The notes beneath the pieces were generated by a model that saw only the letters and a program-made list of their open reading frames with translations, made no database searches and was not told the origin of the DNA. The position numbers and the translations under genes were made by a program. DNA of 64,000 bases from the NCBI GenBank assembly GCA_964576115.1, contig CAZNUA010000001.1, positions 62,001 through 126,000 on the forward strand. The letters run 5' to 3'. Shown here piece after piece: positions 10,177 to 19,118 of the stretch (position 1 is the stretch's first letter; each line of letters starts with the position of its first letter). Source of the stretch: an uncultured Gemmatimonadota bacterium. GTDB taxonomy: Bacteria; Blakebacterota; Blakebacteria; Blakebacterales; Blakebacteraceae.

Positions 10177-11319
10177 GTGAGCCGATCACACCACAGGAAA
10201 CCAGCCGAGACCGGATCCGGCGGCGGCGAGAACCACGCCTCGATCGACGAGACACACACCGGCGGTCCCGAGCTCAGCTGCCCGATGCCGCTTTCGCACC
10301 GCGAGGGGATCGTCCTGGGACACGGCAGCGGGGGCAAGCTGACCGCCGAACTGATCGAACGCATCTTTTACCCCGCCCTGGAAAACCCCCTGCTGCTGCG
10401 CGGCGATGACGCCGCCGTGGCCGAGCTGCCAGCCGAACTGACCGGCGGCGGCCGCCTGGCCCTCTCGACCGACGCCCATATCGTGCGCCCCCTTGTCTTT
10501 CCCGGGGGCGACATCGGCCGCCTGGCCGTCTGCGGCACGGTCAACGACCTGGCCATGGTCGGCGCCCGTCCGCTGTGGCTGACCGCCAGCTTCGTACTGG
10601 AAGAGGGACTCGAGACCGAGGTGCTCCAGCAGATCGTGGCCTCGATGCAGACCGCAGCCGCCGAAGCGGGCATTACGGTCGTAGCGGGAGACACCAAGGT
10701 GGCCGAGAAAGGGCTGGCCGACGGCTTGTACATCTCCACCACCGGGATCGGGGTGGTGCCGGCCGGACGGGAGACCGGCGGCGCCGGGGCCCGGCCGGGA
10801 GACGCCGTGCTCGTCTCCGGCACCCTGGGCGATCACGGCATCGCCGTGCTGGCCGCCCGGGGCGAGCTGGCCTTCGAAACCGCCATCGTGTCGGATGTGG
10901 CCCCGCTCAACGGCCTGGTCGAAGCGCTCTATGAGACCGGCGCAGAGGTGCACACCCTGCGCGATCCCACCCGCGGCGGAGCGGCCGCGGCCCTGAACGA
11001 GATCGCCCGGCAGAGCGGTGTGGCGATCGTCCTGGAAGAGGGTTCGCTGCCCATCCGCCCGGCCGTGGCCGGGGCCTGCGAGATGCTCGGCTTCGACCCC
11101 CTGCACGTGGCCAACGAGGGCAAGCTGATCGCGATCGTCCCGGCTTCGGACGCCGAGCGGATCCTCGACGCCATGCGGGCCCATCCCCATGGAACCGAAG
11201 CCCGCCTCATCGGCCGGGTCGAGGCCGAACCGGCGGCCCGGGTTCTGCTCCAGACCGGCATCGGCGGCACCCGCATCGTGGACATGCCCACCGGCGAGCT
11301 GCTGCCCCGGATCTGCTGA
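10177..11319 (+). CDS. hypE: Hydrogenase maturation protein HypE
   Basis: HGSGG, GTVNDL, GDTKV, RDPTRGG and C-terminal LPRIC. Start uncertain (GTG 10177 or a later ATG). Confidence 0.95.
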   Translation: MSRSHHRKPAETGSGGGENHASIDETHTGGPELSCPMPLSHREGIVLGHGSGGKLTAELIERIFYPALENPLLLRGDDAAVAELPAELTGGGRLALSTDAHIVRPLVFPGGDIGRLAVCGTVNDLAMVGARPLWLTASFVLEEGLETEVLQQIVASMQTAAAEAGITVVAGDTKVAEKGLADGLYISTTGIGVVPAGRETGGAGARPGDAVLVSGTLGDHGIAVLAARGELAFETAIVSDVAPLNGLVEALYETGAEVHTLRDPTRGGAAAALNEIARQSGVAIVLEEGSLPIRPAVAGACEMLGFDPLHVANEGKLIAIVPASDAERILDAMRAHPHGTEARLIGRVEAEPAARVLLQTGIGGTRIVDMPTGELLPRIC

Positions 11320-11411
11320 GAACCTCTCAATCGCAGTGACAGATCACCCCGGGTTTCCGTTACGCAACGGGAGACCTTTGCCTCCCGGAACCGACGGGCT
11401 CCGAGCAGCGA

Positions 11412-11819
11412 CTATATGGGCCAGGGGTGGATGATCACCGGATCAGAGGTCTGGATCGAGTACCTGTACGCTCCTTTGCCTCGATGGCCGATCGCGGTGA
11501 TCTCGACATGGTTGAACTGCGCCAGAACGTAGGAGCCGTCATCCAGCTGGTAGAAGACGATGAGCTGAAAGTACGTGCCGTTCTGATAGTGCTTCCCGAA
11601 CATCTCACATTCGGTATGGGTGATGATCTTGCCGAGCGTCACTCCCGATCTGGTGACATGGAAATTGAAGGTTTGAAAGCCGTGGATTTTTTCACCGTCG
11701 GCGAGGAACTCGACGATCTCGCCTCCCGGCTTGTGTTCAATCGCATAGACCGGTGCCACGGCCATCAGGACCGCAACAATCAGGGTTGCCGTCAGCAGCG
11801 TCTTCCGAATCCGATTCAT
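11412..11819 (-). CDS. Small secreted hypothetical protein
   Basis: RBS CAGGAGG before ATG 11819; signal peptide MNRIRKTLLTATLIVAVLMAVAPVYA. Confidence 0.75.
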   Translation of the reverse strand: MNRIRKTLLTATLIVAVLMAVAPVYAIEHKPGGEIVEFLADGEKIHGFQTFNFHVTRSGVTLGKIITHTECEMFGKHYQNGTYFQLIVFYQLDDGSYVLAQFNHVEITAIGHRGKGAYRYSIQTSDPVIIHPWPI

Positions 11820-11953
11820 ACGACCTCCTGCGTGATCGGGCGGCGCAACCCTCCCGATGCCCTGGCCCGTTCTCAGAGTTCCGACCTCGTCCCCCCGGAG
11901 CGAATCCATCGTCTTCCCGGAGGCATTCTTACAGAAGCCGACCAGGGCGGCAA

Positions 11954-12904
11954 CTAGAGACCGTCCTCTCCGGACGCCTGGGCAGCTGAAATGATACTGT
12001 TCGTCGGCTGTCTGTTTTTCCTGTAGCGGGCATTCCACTGTCTCGATCGCCCCGTCCGGTTCCTCCCGACGGCCATCTGGAAATCGGTCACAAGTTCCCG
12101 GGGAGAAAAGATGTAATCCCGCAGATAGTCCTTTCCTACCCGCCCGATATCCTCGACCTCTTCCAGAATGCGTCCCTGCCTGGTTACGGCGAGGATCGAA
12201 TACCCCTTTTCGCGGATCAGCTCACAGATCTGCCGGGCTCGATCTTCGCGTTCGCCATCTCCTCCGGTAGCCAGAATCTCACAGAAGATGTAGGGTCTAT
12301 AGGTATCTATCGTGCGCACGAGGCCCCGGAGAACTTCGAGTTCGCCTTCCTCCACATCGATCTTGATAACGGCAATCTCGCTCAGGTCGAGGGAATAGAC
12401 CACCTCGTCACCGATTGCGAAGTAGGCTTCAAAAGAATGGACCAGGTTCGTGTCCGGTCGATAGGAAGCACGAACCGAGCCTCGTTTGGAGCCCCTCCCG
12501 CCCGCGTAGAGCATCCCTACTCCCTGGTGATCCGAGAAAACGAACGGGAGAATCATTGTCTTCCCGAAACCGTTGAGACGAATCAGCTCCTGCAGGTAGA
12601 AATTGCACGCATGGTTGGGTTCCACTCCATAGTACGCCACCTCCCGGGAGAGCACCCTGAGCTTGACCAGGTACAAACCCACATTCGATCCGACGTCGAT
12701 GACACACCCCTTCCTGGTCGTGATGAATGCTTCCAGGCACTCCGACATCCAGAGCTCTCCGGGCACGAGATAGCCACCGCTGACGATGCCGTAAATCGTC
12801 GGTGAAACCAACCGCATACCGAAGTAATTGGTTGTGACTCGCTTGAGACCGATCCGGGAAAGGGCGACGACGACCTCCCGCTGGATGATCTGCAAGGCTC
12901 TCAT
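11954..12904 (-). CDS. FkbM family SAM-dependent methyltransferase
   Basis: IDVGSNVG, GVEPN and IKIDVEEGELEVLRG motifs. Confidence 0.9.
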   Translation of the reverse strand: MRALQIIQREVVVALSRIGLKRVTTNYFGMRLVSPTIYGIVSGGYLVPGELWMSECLEAFITTRKGCVIDVGSNVGLYLVKLRVLSREVAYYGVEPNHACNFYLQELIRLNGFGKTMILPFVFSDHQGVGMLYAGGRGSKRGSVRASYRPDTNLVHSFEAYFAIGDEVVYSLDLSEIAVIKIDVEEGELEVLRGLVRTIDTYRPYIFCEILATGGDGEREDRARQICELIREKGYSILAVTRQGRILEEVEDIGRVGKDYLRDYIFSPRELVTDFQMAVGRNRTGRSRQWNARYRKNRQPTNSIISAAQASGEDGL

Positions 12905-13085
12905 GTCTCAGTCTCCCGTGAGGTGGAAGTACTACTTCAGAGTATGTGGCACTCTCTCCCGGTCGCCGGGCTCCGACCAGGGGTCGACAGGCTGCTCTCT
13001 GTCGATCTCCCACACCCGACCATTGTAGACGATCGAGAAGCCGGTACAACGACACGACGATGACCATTCGGGACCGAAGCGAACT

Positions 13086-14273
13086 CTACCTCCCGCCCTG
13101 TGTGCTGGCGACCCGGACACATTCCTGGGGCGGCACCTCTCCGGTGAGAATCCCGCGCAGCATCTCCACCCCGCCGCCGCGTACCAGACGGCCCTCGGGA
13201 TCGACCAGGGCTTCGAAGTACCCCAGCGTACCGAAGGCTTCCCAGGTGGCGTTGGCGCCGTCGAAGAGGAAGGGAAAGGGCAGGCGGCGGCCCTGCCAGT
13301 ACCGCTCGGCAACGCCTCCGTTGGAGTAGAAGACGCTGTCCACGTCGGCCAGGTTCGCGACGACAGGATGCCGGGCATGCATGAGCAGGACCGTGAACTC
13401 ATCCCGTCGGTCGGCGAAGGTCTCGTGAAGCTCGAGGATCGCAGGCACCCGGCTGCGCACGCACTCTTTTCAGGTGTATGCGAAAAGGTAGAAGAGGACC
13501 CACTTACCCCGCCACGTCTCCCAGGTAAAACCGGGTTCGACCCCCCGGGCGTCGGTATAGGCGAGCGGCGGCGGCTCTGTGCCGTAGTACCGGGCGATGT
13601 TGGTAACCCCCAGGTCGAGCCGGCCCAGTGCCAGTCGCTCCCCGGCCCGGACCGTAAACGAGCCGTCCCGACGGCGGTATTCGATGCCGGGGGCATAGAG
13701 GTTGTAGAAGTAATCCCCCGGCGGCAGCAGGAAGCGGAAATCGGCCCTCTCGCCCGGCTCGGCGTGCACCAGACGGGCGGGCAGACCGCCGGGTATGGGA
13801 AGCATGACCGACACATAGCTGTCGGTCGGTTCTTCCTCGAAGAACGCGCAATAGACCGTGCCGGTCACCTCGGCCAGGGGCGCGAGATCGAGGCGCACCT
13901 CACCGGCCCCGGCCGAAGTCGCGATCAGGGTCACCGCTCCGCGGGTCCGGGTCGAATCGACGGCCATGACAGCTACCGCCCGCCCGGTGAAAGTCAGCCC
14001 GTCGAACCGCCCGCCGGCAACGGTACGGACCGGCTCCTCGGCCCGCAGGCCCTCCGGTTCCATGACCCAGGTCAGGGCGACCTCGGCGCCCGCCACCGGC
14101 TCGCCTCGTTCGTCGACCACCACCCCCTCGATCGGGACCTGCTGCTGTCCGGACACCCCTGTCGACCGGTTACCGAACGGATCCGCTGACACAACCAGAC
14201 CCGCGAGAACCACCAGGCTCAGACCAACAGGGCGGATGGGGAACCGACGCCGGGATAGACGTCGTCCGGGCAT
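13086..14273 (-). CDS. Putative selenoprotein: carboxypeptidase-regulatory-like domain plus C-terminal TlpA/thioredoxin-fold domain with UxxC (Sec at TGA 13470-13472)
   Basis: Track ORFs 13470..14780 and 13086..13460 share a frame and are separated only by TGA, in RGKWVLFYLFAYT-U-KEC. ATG 14273 overlaps the upstream stop (TGATG). 395 aa with read-through. Confidence 0.8.
13440..13457 (-). promoter_or_regulatory. Bacterial SECIS-like hairpin
   Basis: CGCAG-CCGGGUGC-CUGCG stem-loop starting 12 nt 3' of the in-frame UGA. Confidence 0.55.
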
Positions 14274-15046
14274 CAGACCAGACTCCCTCCGCGCTTTTTC
14301 CGCAGGTTCTCGAGAAAACCCTTGCCGAGGAAGCTCTCCTCGCCGATCGAGCAGAGCCGTTCGAACATCGGGACCGTGACCGTGAAGGCCAGCAGGTCGG
14401 GGGGCACACAGTGACGCATGGCCATATCGGTCGAGCCCAGGGCCGCCAGCGGCCGGTCGAGATCCTCCAGGGAGACCACGAGTTCCATGCATCCCGAACC
14501 GAAGGGAGCGATGAAGGGGGGCGGCGAGCCCCACCGGTGATGGTAATAGACCCCGTAAGTGAGCACGCTCAACTGGTCGGGATTGATCCAGAAGGTCACT
14601 GTCTTCAGGTACCGGTATTGCTCGGATTTCAGAGGCCCGATCAGGATCTGGTCGTGTTCCATCTCGTAGACCGAACCGCGGTCGATCCACTCGGCCATCA
14701 TCTCGCGGGTGGCCTTGAGGCCCTCGTCGCGCCAGAGGAAGTCGATGAAGTCGTCGCGCGAACGCGTCTGTGACCCGCACAGCGCCCGCCCCGCCCCACC
14801 ACAGCCGTAGTTCTCGCGGGTCAGGATCAGGGTCTGGCCCTCCATCCAGCTGGTGAAGAAATCGAACACGCAGGGCCCGCGGCCGGCCCCCGGTCTGGGC
14901 CCTGTGAGCGGTTCGAAGGGGGCCGGATCGGGGGCGTCGTAGAAACCGATCAGGGGCCGGGTGTAGTCGAGCCTGTCGAGCAGATAGGCGGGATCGGGAC
15001 TGGTTCGCGAGCGGTCGCCCGTCTCGGTGGGTCGAGGGTCGGCCAT
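14273..15046 (-). CDS. DUF169 domain protein
   Basis: YGCGGA, INPDQLSVL, APFGSGC and ALGSTDMAMR motifs; RBS GGAGGA before ATG 15046. Confidence 0.8.
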   Translation of the reverse strand: MADPRPTETGDRSRTSPDPAYLLDRLDYTRPLIGFYDAPDPAPFEPLTGPRPGAGRGPCVFDFFTSWMEGQTLILTRENYGCGGAGRALCGSQTRSRDDFIDFLWRDEGLKATREMMAEWIDRGSVYEMEHDQILIGPLKSEQYRYLKTVTFWINPDQLSVLTYGVYYHHRWGSPPPFIAPFGSGCMELVVSLEDLDRPLAALGSTDMAMRHCVPPDLLAFTVTVPMFERLCSIGEESFLGKGFLENLRKKRGGSLV

Positions 15047-15225
15047 CGCATTGTCCTCCGGGATCGGCATGATGTGGGAGAGCAACCTGAGCTGCTTATC
15101 GGATCGGGGCTATCATACCCTCCCGGGACGGTGAGCCGCCAGTCAGCACAAGATCGACCGGTTGAATACGTCAAGGAGAGGAAGAAAGGGAATATTGGTG
15201 GCGGCAATAATGGCAACGCATTCTC

Positions 15226-15244
15226 CAAATTGAGTCTCATTATG
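15226..15244 (-). promoter_or_regulatory. Fur-family-like box overlapping an extended -10 (TGCCATAAT) upstream of the DUF169/selenoprotein pair
   Basis: Minus-strand CATAATGAGACTCAATTTG matches 13/19 of GATAATGATAATCATTATC, in an AT-rich patch. Confidence 0.45.
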
Positions 15245-15315
15245 GCATCAACGATTCCTCTTTACAGGCATCGAGTGCACGATCCGTCACGCATTTGAGG
15301 ATCTGTCCCCGGCGT

Positions 15316-16287
15316 CTATCGGGAGCAAATGCGCCCGAGCACCTGCGAGAGAACTTCCTCGACCGGATCGGAGGTCCACATCACGAAGAAGTGGATCGCC
15401 GGCACGCCCCGGGCCATCAGTGCCTCGACCTGGGCCGCCGCCCACTCGATCCCGATCTGCTGCACCTCGGCCTGTGAGGACGCCCTCTCGAGACGGTTCG
15501 AGAGTTCGACGGGAATGGTGGTATTGAACCGCCCCGGCAGGGTCTCGAGCTGGCGCCGGTCGTGGATGACCTTGAGCCCGGGCACGATCGGCACCGTAAT
15601 GCCCGCTGAACGGCAGGCTGCCTCGAACCGGAAGAAGGCTTCGGTATCGAAACACATCTGGGTCACGATGTAATCGGCCCCGGCCTCGACCTTCTCAAGC
15701 AGATGACAGATATCGGTCTCGAGGTTGGGCGCCTCGGGGTGACGTTCGGGATAGCCCGCCACACCGATGCAGAAATCGGTCGGGGTGGGATAGAGAACAT
15801 CCTCGACATAACGGCCGCGGTTCATGTCGCGGATCTGCCGGACCAGATCGACGGCGTGACGCGGACGGCCGTCGGCCGCCGTACCGTTCGTCCGACGCGG
15901 TTCCCCCCGCACGGCCAGGATGTTCCTGATCCCGAAGTAGTCCAGAGCGAAGAGGAAATCCTCGGTCTCGGTCGGGGTGAAACCGCCGGCGACGACATGC
16001 GGCACGGCGTCGATGCCGTAGCGGTCCTGGATCAACAGGGCGATCCCTTCGGTGCCGGGCCGCTTGCGTACGATCCGGCGCTGCAGCCCTTCCGGGGTCT
16101 CCTCGTACAGCACCTCAGCGGCGTGGCTGGTGACGTCGATGAAGGGCGGGTTCCAGGCCGCCAGCCGTTCGATGAGGGCGGTGAGTTCGGTGAAACTCCC
16201 CCCCCGCTTCGGCTGGACGATCTCGAAGCTGATCAGGGTCCGCCGGTCCGCAGCCGCCGAAGCCAGGTGCTCACCGACCGTCTTCAT
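15316..16287 (-). CDS. metF: 5,10-methylenetetrahydrofolate reductase
   Basis: SFEI, FIDVTSH, RKRPGT, VPHV, LAVRGE, IGVAGYPERHPEAP and ADYIVTQ motifs. Confidence 0.93.
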   Translation of the reverse strand: MKTVGEHLASAAADRRTLISFEIVQPKRGGSFTELTALIERLAAWNPPFIDVTSHAAEVLYEETPEGLQRRIVRKRPGTEGIALLIQDRYGIDAVPHVVAGGFTPTETEDFLFALDYFGIRNILAVRGEPRRTNGTAADGRPRHAVDLVRQIRDMNRGRYVEDVLYPTPTDFCIGVAGYPERHPEAPNLETDICHLLEKVEAGADYIVTQMCFDTEAFFRFEAACRSAGITVPIVPGLKVIHDRRQLETLPGRFNTTIPVELSNRLERASSQAEVQQIGIEWAAAQVEALMARGVPAIHFFVMWTSDPVEEVLSQVLGRICSR

Positions 16288-17129
16288 CGGTACAGCTCCA
16301 GCAGCAGGGAGAGTCGTTCGAAGCCCTCGGCGTCAAGGATCGCCCGCAGAGCCGTCAGGACGGGATCGTCCTCGGGCAGGGTCCGGTACGCCCGGGCGGG
16401 ATCGCCGATGATGGTGTCCAGTCCGCGGTCCGCGGCCAGGCTCAGGAAGGCGTTCTGCAGGGGCAGGCGCACCGCGGAGGGCAGGTGGTGAGTCAGGTTC
16501 GAGATCCCGACCAGGCGGTGGGTGCCGGCCAGGACCGGGTTGCCGCCGATTTCTTCGAGAACATCGAGGACGACGTTGAGTCGACCTTCGGCATCGCCCG
16601 CCACCGGCGGCAGGCCGGGATCGAAGTAGAGTTCTGCGGGTTCGAAGCCGTTCTCCCGGGCCTGTTCGAACAGAACCGACGCGGTCTGCAGCATCTGTGC
16701 GGTCGTCTCGTTGAGACGCACCCGGCCGCTCTCCGAGCGTTCCGACAGGAGCAGGACCGCGCCGAAGACCGCTTCGCGGCGCCGGGGCAGGATCGCCGGT
16801 GCCCGGGCCGAGGTCACGGAATTGAGCAGGGGGGGCGGGCCGGTGCCGTTCCCGGTCAGCAGTTCGAGGCCGAGCAGAAGTCTGGCACTGTCGTCGGAAT
16901 CGACACTCAGCGGCACCTCGACCGCTCCCCGGACGGCGCCGATCGCGTCGATCAGCACGTCGTCGGGCAGGGAGCCGACGTTGATATCCACGGCCCGGGC
17001 GCCGGCCCGGACCTGTTCGGCGGCCAGGCGGGCCACCTCGTTCCACTGCCCCCTTTCGAGCAGTTCTCCAATCCCCGGTACCGAAGCGTTGATCCGCTCC
17101 CCGATGATCGTCAGGTCTTCAACACGCAT
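16284..17129 (-). CDS. Stand-alone pterin-binding methyltransferase domain (MetH folate domain / AcsE-like)
   Basis: IIGERINAS, GARAVDIN, PLSVDS, LLNSV, YFDP and VGISN motifs; RBS GGGGAG before ATG 17129; 4-nt overlap with metF. Confidence 0.85.
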   Translation of the reverse strand: MRVEDLTIIGERINASVPGIGELLERGQWNEVARLAAEQVRAGARAVDINVGSLPDDVLIDAIGAVRGAVEVPLSVDSDDSARLLLGLELLTGNGTGPPPLLNSVTSARAPAILPRRREAVFGAVLLLSERSESGRVRLNETTAQMLQTASVLFEQARENGFEPAELYFDPGLPPVAGDAEGRLNVVLDVLEEIGGNPVLAGTHRLVGISNLTHHLPSAVRLPLQNAFLSLAADRGLDTIIGDPARAYRTLPEDDPVLTALRAILDAEGFERLSLLLELYR

Positions 17130-17192
17130 GGTGGTGACATCTCCCCGTTCTGGCGGGCCCGGAGCCCGGGCATCCTCTGTTCGGTACAACGG

Positions 17193-17223
17193 AAAAGCCC
17201 CGCGACGGGGATCGCAGGGCTTT
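17193..17223 (-). terminator. Intrinsic terminator / attenuator hairpin (segments 3:4)
   Basis: AAAGCCCUGCGAU-CCCC-GUCGCGGGGCUUUU: 13-bp stem with two G-U pairs, ending in UUUU, located between the promoter and the first gene. Confidence 0.75.
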
Positions 17224-17246
17224 CGAGGACAGCGCCGGGCGGCGCC

Positions 17247-17318
17247 TCAGCCCGCGAACCCCTCCCGGGGCCGGGGCATGGCCATACAGTGATGCTTTCG
17301 CCGGGGCGCACGCGACAT
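17247..17318 (-). CDS. Putative 23-aa leader peptide MSRAPRRKHHCMAMPRPREGFAG
   Basis: SD GAAAGGA 6 nt before the ATG; Cys-Met-Ala-Met codons directly precede a GC hairpin; stop lies 23 nt before the terminator. Confidence 0.65.
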   Translation of the reverse strand: MSRAPRRKHHCMAMPRPREGFAG

Positions 17319-17349
17319 GATCGATCCTTTCCGGGTACGATGAACCAGA

Positions 17350-17378
17350 ATCTGACTCTCCGTCGGGCAGCTTGTCAA
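17350..17378 (-). promoter_or_regulatory. sigma70-type promoter for the leader/methyltransferase/metF transcript
   Basis: Perfect TTGACA, 17-nt spacer, weak -10 (TCAGAT/CAGATT). Confidence 0.55.
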
Positions 17379-17521
17379 TCACCGTCTGGTGACGACTCCC
17401 GAGCGGAGACGATCGATAGGAACCGGTTTGAAACCGGAGAGCGTAAACAGAGCCCGGGAGAAAACGTTAATTATTAGGAATACTTACTGTTAATGAAGGC
17501 GCGAAGACGGGGACGGATCCG

Positions 17522-18568
<1,047 letters not shown>

Positions 18569-18586
18569 GGGCTCTCGGGGTGTTCC

Positions 18587-19105
18587 TTACGCCTTGCGTC
18601 CGCACTTCGGACAGCGACCGTCCTGGGGCGGACCCAGATAGCCGCAACGGCAGTTGATCAGGCCACGGGGATTCGTGAAAGCGCTCCGCCGGACGGTTTT
18701 AGTCACCTTCTTTCGATTCCGTTTCTCCTCCTTTTCGACCCGGACCTCCCGCGAGGCTCCGGCCAGCGCCCTGTTGAACTCCTCCCTCATCTCCTCCGGC
18801 AGGCTCTCGAACACCTGCTGCGGCTCTCCCGAGAAGGTGCGCGTTTCGATCACATCGTTGGCGTGCAGCGACATCGACATGCTGCCCTCAGCCTCGACCA
18901 GTTCCCGGATGATCTCCTCCCGCGTGCCCTCCATGTTTTCGGAGATCAGGTCGATCATCTGCAGGAGCTCGGAGAAAATCTCGGCGTAATTGTCCAGGAA
19001 ACGCTGCTTACAGGCCCGCAGGATCGCCTCTTCGATATCTTCACCCGGGCCGACGTCGGACAGAGCCATGGCCAGCAGTTCCTTGGCGTCGATCTGGAGA
19101 TCCAC
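18587..19105 (-). CDS. Hypothetical protein with C-terminal zinc-ribbon-like motif
   Basis: RBS AAGGAGG; C-terminal CRCG-x8-CPKC. Confidence 0.7.
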   Translation of the reverse strand: MDLQIDAKELLAMALSDVGPGEDIEEAILRACKQRFLDNYAEIFSELLQMIDLISENMEGTREEIIRELVEAEGSMSMSLHANDVIETRTFSGEPQQVFESLPEEMREEFNRALAGASREVRVEKEEKRNRKKVTKTVRRSAFTNPRGLINCRCGYLGPPQDGRCPKCGRKA

Positions 19106-19118
19106 CGGCGGGCCTCCT

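Noticed and set aside
12925-13010. SAM-I-like riboswitch before the FkbM methyltransferase (CCCGGCGACC...AGUGCC)
   Set aside because: The core deviates from GGCAACC...GGUGC, and no convincing P1, kink-turn or terminator is visible.
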